This document shows, one piece after another, positions 1-8,643 of a stretch of 64,000 bases of DNA (its first letter is position 1; every line of letters starts with the position of its first letter). Below the pieces are notes generated by a model. That model worked only from the letters and a program-made list of their open reading frames with translations. It did no database searches and had not been told where the DNA came from. Location of the stretch: NCBI GenBank assembly GCA_963790795.1, contig CAWBPO010000003.1:50855-114854 (forward strand). The letters are read 5' to 3'. This DNA is from an uncultured bacterium. GTDB taxonomy: Bacteria > Patescibacteriota > Minisyncoccia > Minisyncoccales > RBG-13-42-11. The translations under genes and the position numbers were made by a program.

Positions 1-476
1 GGCAGTGCACGACAATTCAAATTGATTTCAATTTAACAGAGTGTTTCGATATAACATATATCAATGAAAAAGGAAAAAAACAAAAACCTTTCATGATTCA
101 TCGCGCCATCTTGGGCTCTCTTGAAAGATTTATCGGCGTTTTGCTTGAACACTATGCAGGTGCTTTTCCTTTGTGGCTCTCACCTGAACAAATCTGGGTT
201 ATTCCTTTGGGAACAAAACATGAAAAATATGCAAAAGAAATCGCCAAATCCCTGCAAACCGCAGGTTTCAGATTAAAAGTCAAAGATGAAAATGAAACTG
301 TCTCAAAAAAAATACGTGAAGGAGAAATCCAAAAAATCCCCTATTTGCTGGTAGTCGGCGATAAAGAAATAAAAGCAAAAACAGTCAGAGTGAGAGAGAG
401 GCAAAAAGGAGATATCGGTGAAATTAAAATAAATGAATTTATTGAAAGTTTAAAATTAAAAATTAAAAATTATTAA
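1..476 (+). CDS. thrS: threonyl-tRNA synthetase, C-terminal fragment (5' end lies outside the window)
   Basis: The frame is open from the window edge. Translation QCTTIQIDFNLTECFDITYINEKGKKQKPFMIHRAILGSLERFIGVLLEHYAGAFPLWLSP plus an anticodon-binding domain is typical ThrRS. Confidence 0.85.
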   Translation, partial: QCTTIQIDFNLTECFDITYINEKGKKQKPFMIHRAILGSLERFIGVLLEHYAGAFPLWLSPEQIWVIPLGTKHEKYAKEIAKSLQTAGFRLKVKDENETVSKKIREGEIQKIPYLLVVGDKEIKAKTVRVRERQKGDIGEIKINEFIESLKLKIKNY

Positions 477-481
477 TCCAT

Positions 482-2074
482 ATGGCGGAATTATCCCAAC
501 AAACGCAAAAACTTATTCAACAATACCATGCCTGGCATGATTCTTTGCAGCCGAAACCAAACATACCGACAATCCACGTTGACGAAGTTGCCTCAGCTGT
601 GGCTGCTTTTTACGAAAAGATACGAGGAGTAGTTGATTGGAGAGAAGAACATTTGATGAGAAGGGCGGCCATTGAAAGAATGTTAAAACGAAGGCTGCTT
701 TTGACCAAAGAAAGCCAGGAGGTTACCGAACCCTTAATACTGGAACTGATCAGGAGCGGACACTTCCCCAACGACAAAATACCAGAAATAGCAATCAGCC
801 AGGTCAAAAAAGTAATAGAAAAATACGTATATATTCTGGAAAATGCTCCTCCAGCTCCGGCTGAAAAAATGAAAGCTCAGCTTTACGACTGGCTCTTGTC
901 AATCGCTGCCTGCGAAGTTGAAGAACAGCTTGCTCCTCCTCATCGAGAAAGAGCGCTGATTGATTACATGACAGAAGCGATGACAGAAAGGGTAAAATTG
1001 AACAACGGAATAACTGAAGAACAAAAAAACATCCAGATTCATATTGCCGTCCAAAAAGCCCTTTTTAAACTGGACAACCCAATAATTGTTTACAATCTGC
1101 TAAAAAAACAATATCCCCAGTGGCAGGATTTGAAAAACGGAGACTTCCCTCTTCCGGAAATAGCCCAAAACATTTATTCAAGCTGGAAAGCCTTTGAAAA
1201 ACATTTAAAACGACGTCTCTCGGAAAAATTCTATAAAGTCTGTGAAAGATACGACACAGCATATTTGATTTTGGGAGACGTAATTTCCGAAGATCCAATG
1301 ACTGCCCAGGAAAAACTATCAATGCCTGAGGAATTGGAAAATAAAATAACGGCTGCTTACGAAAAAAGGCTGAAAACAGTAAGAAAAAGAATCACCAGAG
1401 CAGCCATTTACGCCACTATTTCCATATTTGTCACCAAGATACTTTTAGCCCTGGCAGTTGAAGTGCCTTTTGACAAATACGTTACAGGACAGTTCAGCTA
1501 CCAAGCTTTGGGATTCAGTATTCTGATTCCGGCTCTTTTAATGCTCTTTTTGATTCTGACCATCAAGCCTCCCAAAAAAGCGAATCTCCAGCAGGTAGTC
1601 ATGGAAGTGATGAAAATAGCCTATACGACCGAAAGTAAAGACGTTTACGCAATCAAACTGCCAAGAAAACGAGGCTGGCTGATGAACGCCTTTATCAACA
1701 GCTTTTATCTTTTGGGCTTTTTGGCTTCTTTCGGCTTAATAATTTGGGGCTTGTATGAGTTGAATTTCGGCATTCTCTCAATCATAATCTTTCTCATCTT
1801 CATTTCTTTGATTTCCTTTGCCGGAATGAAACTCAGAGAAAGGTCCCGCGAACTGGAAATTATGGAAAGAAAAGAGTCGTTTCTAATGTTTCTCATTGAT
1901 TTGTTTTCTCTGCCGATTATCCGCATGGGCAAGTGGCTGTCCGGTCAGTGGGCAAAATACAACGTAATAGTTGTTTTGTTTAATTTCCTGATTGATATGC
2001 CGCTTCAAACATTCATTGAATTCCTGGAAAAATGGCGTGAATTCCTGAAAGAGAAAAAGGAAGAAATACACTAA
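482..2074 (+). CDS. hypothetical membrane protein (soluble N-terminal ~300 aa, about 5 C-terminal TM helices)
   Basis: 530-aa ORF with hydrophobic segments from about residue 305. No family recognised. Confidence 0.6.
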   Translation: MAELSQQTQKLIQQYHAWHDSLQPKPNIPTIHVDEVASAVAAFYEKIRGVVDWREEHLMRRAAIERMLKRRLLLTKESQEVTEPLILELIRSGHFPNDKIPEIAISQVKKVIEKYVYILENAPPAPAEKMKAQLYDWLLSIAACEVEEQLAPPHRERALIDYMTEAMTERVKLNNGITEEQKNIQIHIAVQKALFKLDNPIIVYNLLKKQYPQWQDLKNGDFPLPEIAQNIYSSWKAFEKHLKRRLSEKFYKVCERYDTAYLILGDVISEDPMTAQEKLSMPEELENKITAAYEKRLKTVRKRITRAAIYATISIFVTKILLALAVEVPFDKYVTGQFSYQALGFSILIPALLMLFLILTIKPPKKANLQQVVMEVMKIAYTTESKDVYAIKLPRKRGWLMNAFINSFYLLGFLASFGLIIWGLYELNFGILSIIIFLIFISLISFAGMKLRERSRELEIMERKESFLMFLIDLFSLPIIRMGKWLSGQWAKYNVIVVLFNFLIDMPLQTFIEFLEKWREFLKEKKEEIH

Positions 2075-2075
2075 T

Positions 2076-2198
2076 GGTATTACCATTCGCCACCCTATAG
2101 AAACCCTCTGTTTCTATCGTTTTCGCCTTCGGCGAAAGCCTGTTTTCCTATACGGGGAAACCGGAGGGTTTCCCCGACCCCCTTCCGATTTATGACAG
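2076..2198. repeat. intergenic structured repeat, copy 1 of 3
   Basis: Shares the core TTTTCCTAyACrG-hairpin-CCGACCCCCTTCCGAT with 35292-35438 and 41087-41208. Hairpins: 2097-2117 (ATAGAAAC/GTTTCTAT), 2121-2137 (TTTCGC C-UUCG-G GCGAAA), 2154-2175 (GGGGAAACC GGAG GGTTTCCCC). Confidence 0.8.
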
Positions 2199-2208
2199 CT
2201 TAAAAAAT

Positions 2209-3222
2209 ATGAAATACTCTATTATTACTTTCGGCTGCCAGATGAACAAAGCAGACTCAGAAAGAATTGCGGCAACTTTGGAGAAAAAAGGATACAAACC
2301 CGAAAAAGACGTTAAAAAAGCCAATTTGGTTTTGGTTAATATGTGTTCTGTCAGGCAGTCAGCAGTTGACAGAGTCTACGGCACAATCAACAATCTGGCA
2401 AAACTGAAAATAAAAAACCCAAAATTAAAAACCATTCTCACAGGCTGCATTCTTAAAGGGGACAGAAAAAAATTTGCAAAGTTTTTTGACGAAATTTGGG
2501 ACAACAAGAATCATTTTAAAGAAAAAGCTAAATGCCAAAATAAGGATTTGGCCTTCGTGCCAATTTCCAACGGCTGCAATAATGCCTGCACCTACTGCGT
2601 TGTCCCCTACACCAGAGGCGCTTTGAACTGCCGGAACCACCAGGAAATAATAAAAGAAGTTAAAGGCTTTGTCAAAAAAGGATTAAAAGAAATCTGGCTT
2701 CTGGGCCAGAATGTCAACGACTATCATTCGCCGATAAACAAAACAATCAACTTTGCCAAGCTTTTAAAGCTGATAAACGACATTCCGGGAAACTTTAGAA
2801 TTCTTTTTACTTCTCCCCACCCTAAGAATTTCTCTGACGAATTAATTAATGTTCTGGCAAAATGCGAAAAATTCGGCAAATATCTTAATGTGCCTGTCCA
2901 ATCGGGAAACGATGAAATCTTGAAGAAAATGAACCGGAATTATGGCGCAAAAGAATACAAGGAGCTGATAAGGAAAATTAAGGAAAAGATACCAAAAATT
3001 AAATTATCCACTGATATAATTGTCGGCTTTCCGGAAGAAACCAAAAAACAGTTCCAAGATACGGAAAAACTGTTCAAAAAAATTAAATTTGACTGGGCAT
3101 ATATTTCCAAATACTCTCCCCGTCCAGGCACAGCCGCCTTTAAATTAAAAGATAATGTTCCATTAAAAGAAAAAAAGGAAAGAGAGAAAATATTAAGAGA
3201 AATTCTAAAGAAAAAGCGTTAA
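2209..3222 (+). CDS. miaB: MiaB/RimO-family radical-SAM methylthiotransferase, short form without a TRAM domain
   Basis: N-terminus FGCQMNKADSE (UPF0004 domain) and radical-SAM motif CNNACTYCVVPYTRG. The ORF ends right after the SPRPGT segment where TRAM normally follows. Confidence 0.75.
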   Translation: MKYSIITFGCQMNKADSERIAATLEKKGYKPEKDVKKANLVLVNMCSVRQSAVDRVYGTINNLAKLKIKNPKLKTILTGCILKGDRKKFAKFFDEIWDNKNHFKEKAKCQNKDLAFVPISNGCNNACTYCVVPYTRGALNCRNHQEIIKEVKGFVKKGLKEIWLLGQNVNDYHSPINKTINFAKLLKLINDIPGNFRILFTSPHPKNFSDELINVLAKCEKFGKYLNVPVQSGNDEILKKMNRNYGAKEYKELIRKIKEKIPKIKLSTDIIVGFPEETKKQFQDTEKLFKKIKFDWAYISKYSPRPGTAAFKLKDNVPLKEKKEREKILREILKKKR

Positions 3223-3224
3223 AT

Positions 3225-4148
3225 ATGAAACAAAAACTAATTGTTATTTTAGGACCGACAGCTTCGGGCAAATCTGAACTGGCGATAAAACTGGCCCTTC
3301 GACTCGGCTCAGGGCAAACCAAAAAAGAATTTAAAATAAATGGCGCTGAAGTTATTTCGGCTGATTCCAGACAAGTATATAAAGGAATGGATATTGGAAG
3401 CGGAAAAATATCCAAAAAAGAAATGCAAGGCATCCCCCACTATCTGCTGGATGTCGCTTCTCCAAAGAGAAGATTTACGGTTTCCCAATACCAAAAACTG
3501 GCAAAGAAAGCAATAAACAAAGTTTTAAAGAAAAGAAAAATTCCAATCTTATGCGGCGGAAGCGGCTTTTACATCCAAGCGGTGATTGACGGAATAGTAA
3601 TTCCTAAAGTAAAGCCAGACTGGCTGTTGAGGTTAAACCTCAACAAGCTTAAAACGGAAAAACTCTTTGAAAAATTAAAAAAACTGGATAAGAAAAGGGC
3701 AGAAAACATTGATAAAAACAACAGAAGAAGATTAATCAGGGCTTTGGAAATCGCAATAAAGACAAAAAAACCAATACCAACTCTCAAAAAGAATCCCCTA
3801 GCCTATCCCGTTTTAATTATCGGAATAAAAAAAGAAAAAGAAGAACTGAAAAAATTAATAAGGAAAAGACTTTTAAAAAGATTAAAACAAGGAATGATTG
3901 AAGAAGTGAAAAAACTCCATAAATCAGGAGTTTCCTGGAAAAGGTTGGAAGAATTTGGCTTAGAATACCGTTTTGTCTCGCAATATCTTCAAAACAAAAT
4001 AAATTACGAAGAAATGGTGAAAATCATTCAAAAAGAAATTGAACACTTCGTTAAACGCCAAATGACCTGGTTTAAGAAAGATAAACGTATTAACTGGATT
4101 AAAAGCCAAAATAAAGCAGAAAAATTGGTAAAAGAATTTTTAATATAA
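3225..4148 (+). CDS. miaA: tRNA dimethylallyltransferase
   Basis: P-loop GPTASGKS and SADSRQVYKGMDIGSGK, typical MiaA. Adjacent to miaB. Confidence 0.9.
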   Translation: MKQKLIVILGPTASGKSELAIKLALRLGSGQTKKEFKINGAEVISADSRQVYKGMDIGSGKISKKEMQGIPHYLLDVASPKRRFTVSQYQKLAKKAINKVLKKRKIPILCGGSGFYIQAVIDGIVIPKVKPDWLLRLNLNKLKTEKLFEKLKKLDKKRAENIDKNNRRRLIRALEIAIKTKKPIPTLKKNPLAYPVLIIGIKKEKEELKKLIRKRLLKRLKQGMIEEVKKLHKSGVSWKRLEEFGLEYRFVSQYLQNKINYEEMVKIIQKEIEHFVKRQMTWFKKDKRINWIKSQNKAEKLVKEFLI

Positions 4149-4171
4149 AATATCTATTTAAAAAATCAAAA

Positions 4172-4194
4172 GGGCCGGGCATAAAGCTCGGTCC
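4172..4194. terminator. bidirectional terminator-like hairpin between miaA and the gatB operon end
   Basis: GGGCCGGGC ATAAA GCTCGGTCC forms 9 bp, with two G.U pairs on the plus strand. An A-run lies on the 5' side and gives a U-run for the minus-strand reading. Confidence 0.5.
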
Positions 4195-4309
4195 TTCAAT
4201 GTTCAAATTACCCAGTCCCCGACAATTACCAAATTCGACATATATAGTCGAACGGTACGAATATTTCTGTTTCATCGGCTGTCCCCATGATTCCTGTTTT
4301 TACAACAAC

Positions 4310-4411
4310 CTACTTAAAGCCAATGAAGCTTATTTCTCCCATCCGAGGCGACTGGTCTTTGAACATCCGGCGGAATGTTATTATACCGCCTTTTTCTAGA
4401 TTATTGGGCAC
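4310..4411 (-). CDS. candidate small ORF (33 aa) downstream of gatB; continues in frame past a TAG to 4226
   Basis: AAGGAGG lies 8 nt upstream of GTG at 4411. Product (M)PNNLEKGGIITFRRMFKDQSPRMGEISFIGFK, then TAG, then VVVKTGIMGTADETEIFVPFDYICRIW, then TAA at 4226-4228. The terminator follows. Confidence 0.3.
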   Translation of the reverse strand: MPNNLEKGGIITFRRMFKDQSPRMGEISFIGFK

Positions 4412-4436
4412 AAATGCCACCTCCTTTTGCTTTAAA

Positions 4437-5903
4437 TTATACTACTTTTCTCATTTTTGTCAATATCTCTTTCAGGAGCTTATTCGCTGTTTGAGGATTG
4501 GCTTTTCCCTTTGATTTTGCCATTACTTGGCCGACTAAAAACTGAAAACCTCCTTCTTTTCCTTTTTGATAATCATCAACTACTTTTTTGTTTTCAGAAA
4601 TTACTTCTTTAATAATCTTTTCAATTTCAGATTCGTCGCTAATCTGAGTTAACCCCTCCTCTTGTATAATCTGTGAGGGGTCTTTTCCTTTTTTAATCAT
4701 TTCTTCCAAAACTATCTTTGCTCCCTTGCTTGAAATTTTATCTTTGAGAATGGAAATAATAAATTTGGCGAAATTTTCTGGCGAGGGCCTATCTGAAATA
4801 TTGTTTTTTTTCATTAACCCTTGTAAATCCGTAATCAAATAATTGGTAGCCAGATTGATCGCTTTAGGTAATTCTTGTTTTGAAACATCGGGCGAGGATG
4901 TAGTATCCCTAATAACCACCTCAGAATACTCTCCCAGACTTTTGTTGTATACGAAAATATCAACGCTTTTTTTATCCAATTGATATTCTTTGGCCAATCT
5001 CTCCCGCTTTTGCTGTGGTAATTCTGGAATTTCAGAACGAATATCCTCTATTTCTTTTTTAGTGAAATGAAGCGGCGGCAAATCAGGCTCGGGAAAATAC
5101 CGGTAATCGTGAGCTTCTTCTTTCTGCCTTTGGCTGACTGTTATCTCTTTGATATCGTCCCATCCCCTGGTTTCCTGAACAATCTTTTCTCCTTTACCTA
5201 ATAAATCAGTTTGCCTTTTAATTTCATAATCAATTGACCTTTCTACTGATCTGAAAGAATTAAGGTTTTTTATCTCCGCCTTTGTCCCTAATTTATCGTC
5301 TTTGCTCACAGAAATATTAACCTCAACCCTCATTTGTCCTTTTTCCATGTCAGCATCGGAAATATCAAGATAATGCATGATTAAATGCAGCTCTTGGGCA
5401 AACTCTCTTGCTTCTTTGGCTGAAGAAATATCAGGCTCTGTCACTAATTCCATTAAAGGAATGCCGGCCCTGTTAAAATCAACCAAAGAATACTCTGCAC
5501 CTTTGGGGTGAACTAATTTGCCAGTGTCTTCTTCTAAATGAACCTCTCGTATCCTAATTTTTATTCCATAAATTTCCAAAAATCCCTCCTTACAGAGAGG
5601 CTGATACAATTGAGAAATCTGATAACCTTTTGGTAAATCAGGGTAAAAATAATTCTTCCTGTCGAATTTAGAATGCTCGGGAACCCGACATTCTAAAGCC
5701 AAACCCGTCTTGATTGTTTTTCTCACTGCCTCCTCGTTAATAACCGGAAGACTTCCTGGTTGTGCAGTACACGTCGGACATATATTGATATTCGGACGAT
5801 GTTCGTTAGGGTCATTTTTACAACTACAAAACATTTTGGTTTTTGTATTCAACTCAACATGTATTTCAAGGCCGATTGTCGGTTTATACATAGGTTTACT
5901 CAA
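4437..5903 (-). CDS. gatB: Asp/Glu-tRNA(Asn/Gln) amidotransferase subunit B
   Basis: YKPTIGLEIHVELNTKTKMFCSC and a C-terminal GatB/YqeY domain. Confidence 0.95.
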   Translation of the reverse strand: MSKPMYKPTIGLEIHVELNTKTKMFCSCKNDPNEHRPNINICPTCTAQPGSLPVINEEAVRKTIKTGLALECRVPEHSKFDRKNYFYPDLPKGYQISQLYQPLCKEGFLEIYGIKIRIREVHLEEDTGKLVHPKGAEYSLVDFNRAGIPLMELVTEPDISSAKEAREFAQELHLIMHYLDISDADMEKGQMRVEVNISVSKDDKLGTKAEIKNLNSFRSVERSIDYEIKRQTDLLGKGEKIVQETRGWDDIKEITVSQRQKEEAHDYRYFPEPDLPPLHFTKKEIEDIRSEIPELPQQKRERLAKEYQLDKKSVDIFVYNKSLGEYSEVVIRDTTSSPDVSKQELPKAINLATNYLITDLQGLMKKNNISDRPSPENFAKFIISILKDKISSKGAKIVLEEMIKKGKDPSQIIQEEGLTQISDESEIEKIIKEVISENKKVVDDYQKGKEGGFQFLVGQVMAKSKGKANPQTANKLLKEILTKMRKVV

Positions 5904-6588
5904 TTTTTCTCCAATCTTCTTTATTCGAAAACTCTTTTCCTTTTACCTCATCGACTATTTCTACGCCGGAACTCGTTCCAATAATGTCAGCTCCGGCCTC
6001 AAGCATCATTTTCAAATCAGAATAACTTCTGATGGAACCTGCTGCTTTGACCAATATACCACTAGCTGATAACCGCATTATCTTAACGTGCTTTGCCTTT
6101 TCAGAAAGCTCTGAACTGTCCAAAGGGTCGTCAACAGTGGCAGTTTTAACGCAGATTGCTCCAGCTTCCTTGACAATCTCTGAGGCTTTTTTAATTTCCT
6201 CGTCAGTCAAATAGCCGGAACCAATAATCACTTTTGTCGGCAGAACTCTGCAAATCTCTTTTAAATCGCTTGAAACCTCTTCATATTTCCCGTTTTTAAA
6301 AGCGTCTATCTTCATTACCACGTCAACCTCATCAGATCCGTCTTCTTTTGCTTGCTGAACCATTTTAATTCTGTCTTCATGAGAACTGGCTCCTGTCGGC
6401 TCATCAATCAAAGTGGTAAGTTTGATATCGCTGTCTTTTAACAATTCTTTTACCAATTTAGTGTGTTCGGGATAAACGCAAAACCCCCTGAAGCCGTATT
6501 CTTTTGTTTCCTGGCAGACTTTTTTAAGCTCTTGTTCTGAAGCTCCTTTTTTAAGAAATGTCTGGTCAATAATTTTTGAAACATTCAT
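5896..6588 (-). CDS. deoC: deoxyribose-phosphate aldolase family protein
   Basis: IIDQTFLKKGASEQELKKVC, DEVDVVM, and ICVKTAT (Schiff-base Lys region). I prefer the start at MNVSK (6588) over the upstream Met at 6612, which overlaps folD. Confidence 0.7.
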   Translation of the reverse strand: MNVSKIIDQTFLKKGASEQELKKVCQETKEYGFRGFCVYPEHTKLVKELLKDSDIKLTTLIDEPTGASSHEDRIKMVQQAKEDGSDEVDVVMKIDAFKNGKYEEVSSDLKEICRVLPTKVIIGSGYLTDEEIKKASEIVKEAGAICVKTATVDDPLDSSELSEKAKHVKIMRLSASGILVKAAGSIRSYSDLKMMLEAGADIIGTSSGVEIVDEVKGKEFSNKEDWRKIE

Positions 6589-6592
6589 ATTT

Positions 6593-7387
6593 TTAGTTAT
6601 GTTTTGCTGCATAATAAACGTTTTTTAATAATAAAGCGACTGTTAAAGGACCCAAACCGCCTGGCACCGGCGTCAAAAAACTGGCCTTTCCGGCAACGCT
6701 CTTTCTGTCAACATCGCCTACCACTTTTTTATTCTTCAAAACAACAATACCAGCATCAATCAAAACAACTCCTTTCTTAATCATATCTCCTTTTATAAAA
6801 TTAGGAGAGCCGCAAACCGTAATTATGACGTCAGCTGATTTGATTTTAGAACTTTTTCTATCTTTAAGATAATTGATTTTAATTCTTTCTTTTTTAAGAG
6901 ACGACTCTAAAACATTGCCGAAAAAATCAGAATTAACCAAAGCGATAATTTTTTTCGCTTTAAGGTTTTTAGTAGAATCTCTCAAAGCAATCAGAATAAC
7001 TGAAATCAAAGGAGAAGAAAAATTGGTTTTTTTTCTAAAGCCGTCAACATCTTTATGCAAGCTTATTTTCCCTGTGATTTTGCCAGCCTTTAAGCCAGAA
7101 GGCAGGGGCAACTGGACAATAATGCCTTTAATCTCTTTGTCCTTGTTCAATATTTCAATCTGCCGTATGATTTCTCTTTCTTTGGTTTTGCTGTTAAATT
7201 TACAATGCAGAACTTCAATGCCTATTCTTTCAGCTGCAATTTTTTTGTTCCTGATAAAAAGCTCTGAAGCAGGATCTTTTCCAACTGAAATTACCGCCAG
7301 CTTTAATTTCATCCCTTGTTTCTTAATTCTCTTCTTCAAATCTGATAAAATCCTCTCTGCTTTCTTTTTACCATTGAAAATCTTCAT
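6593..7387 (-). CDS. folD: bifunctional methylenetetrahydrofolate dehydrogenase/cyclohydrolase
   Basis: LAVISVGKDPASELFIRNK, LPLP, DVDGF, TPVPGGLGPLTVALLLKN. Confidence 0.9.
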   Translation of the reverse strand: MKIFNGKKKAERILSDLKKRIKKQGMKLKLAVISVGKDPASELFIRNKKIAAERIGIEVLHCKFNSKTKEREIIRQIEILNKDKEIKGIIVQLPLPSGLKAGKITGKISLHKDVDGFRKKTNFSSPLISVILIALRDSTKNLKAKKIIALVNSDFFGNVLESSLKKERIKINYLKDRKSSKIKSADVIITVCGSPNFIKGDMIKKGVVLIDAGIVVLKNKKVVGDVDRKSVAGKASFLTPVPGGLGPLTVALLLKNVYYAAKHN

Positions 7388-8642
7388 AGATCAGAAACTT
7401 TTTAGTTATTCTTTTCACCTCGTTTTTAATCAAATTTTTAATTTTCTGGTTGTTAATATTCTTAATAAGTTTGACAATAAGACTCACAACCTCTCTTGAT
7501 TCTTTCTCTTTCAGACCCCTGGTGGTGATTGCCGGTGTTCCCAGCCTGATACCAGAAGGAAAATATGGAGGTTTTTTGTCAAAAGGAATGGCGCTCCTGT
7601 TAACGTAGATGTTCACTTTATCCAATTCGTCCTGAATTTCCTTAGATCCAACCTCAAAAGGAGAAACGTCAATCACCATTAAATGGTTATCGGTTCCTCC
7701 ACTAATCACCTTGATCCCCTGCTTTTGGAATTCATCAGCCATGGCTTTGGCATTCAAAACAATCTGTTTTTGATATCGCTTAAAAGAAGGCTTCATCGCT
7801 TCCAAAAAACAAATTGCTTTAGCAGCAATAACATGCTCCATTGGTCCTCCCTGAATACCGGGAAAAACAGCTTTATCAATTTTTTGAGCTAAATTTAACT
7901 TGCCTTTGAAATCCAGCCTGTCTTTCACTTTGCAAAGAATCAACCCTCCGCGCGGCCCTCTTAGGGTTTTATGGGTGGTTGTTGTAACAACGTCGCACCA
8001 AGGAAAGGGATGGGGATGGACTCCGGCAATAACCAAGCCGGCAATATGGGCGATATCAGCCATTAAATACGCTTTAACTTTATCGGCAATCTTTCTGAAT
8101 TTTTTAAAATCAAGAGTTCTGGAATAAGAAGTGGTGCTGACAATAATTAATTTCGGCTTGAACTTTAAAGCTATTTTTTCCACTTCTTTCAAGTCAATCT
8201 TTTCTGTTTTTGAATCAACTCCGTAATGAGAAAAATTATATAGCTTGCCGGAAAAATTAACCGGTGAGCCGTGCGTCAAATGGCCTCCGGCAGACAAATC
8301 AATGCCTAATATTTTATCTTTGTAGTTTAATAACGCCAGATAAACAGCTGAGTTTGCCTGTGAGCCAGAATGCGGCTGGACGTTGGCATGTTCAGCTTTA
8401 AACAATTTCTTAGCTCTTTCTATGGCTGTCTGCTCAATTTCATCGATGAATTTATTGCCACTGTAATACCTTTTGTATGGATAGCCTTCAGAATACTTAT
8501 TGCTTAAAGGAGTACCCATAACAGACAGCACTCGAGGGCTGGCGTAATTTTCCGAAGGAATTAAAACCAAGCCGTTTTTTTGCCTGACAATTTCTTTTTT
8601 AACTAAATTATATATTTTGGGGTCTGATTTTGAAAGTTTCAT
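7368..8642 (-). CDS. glyA: serine hydroxymethyltransferase
   Basis: LIPSENYASPRVL, VQPHSGSQAN, TTTTHKTLRGPRGG (PLP lysine). Confidence 0.95.
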   Translation of the reverse strand: MKLSKSDPKIYNLVKKEIVRQKNGLVLIPSENYASPRVLSVMGTPLSNKYSEGYPYKRYYSGNKFIDEIEQTAIERAKKLFKAEHANVQPHSGSQANSAVYLALLNYKDKILGIDLSAGGHLTHGSPVNFSGKLYNFSHYGVDSKTEKIDLKEVEKIALKFKPKLIIVSTTSYSRTLDFKKFRKIADKVKAYLMADIAHIAGLVIAGVHPHPFPWCDVVTTTTHKTLRGPRGGLILCKVKDRLDFKGKLNLAQKIDKAVFPGIQGGPMEHVIAAKAICFLEAMKPSFKRYQKQIVLNAKAMADEFQKQGIKVISGGTDNHLMVIDVSPFEVGSKEIQDELDKVNIYVNRSAIPFDKKPPYFPSGIRLGTPAITTRGLKEKESREVVSLIVKLIKNINNQKIKNLIKNEVKRITKKFLIYEDFQW

Positions 8643-8643
8643 T

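Noticed and set aside
2097-2175. A kissing-loop or SD/anti-SD interaction between the H1 loop (CCUCN) and the H2 loop (GGAG) of the repeated element.
   Set aside because: Written antiparallel, the loops are not complementary over more than 2-3 nt. Copy 2 changes the H2 loop to GAAA without a matching change in H1.
6873-7499. Long plus-strand ORFs antisense to known genes: 6873..7499, 16580..17080, 25683..26216, 42755..43357, 46063..46545, 22764..23210, 39270..39656.
   Set aside because: Each lies fully inside a confidently identified minus-strand gene. Their products are low-complexity (S/F/L/I-rich), as expected from the reverse complement of A/K-rich coding sequence. None has a recognisable motif or SD.
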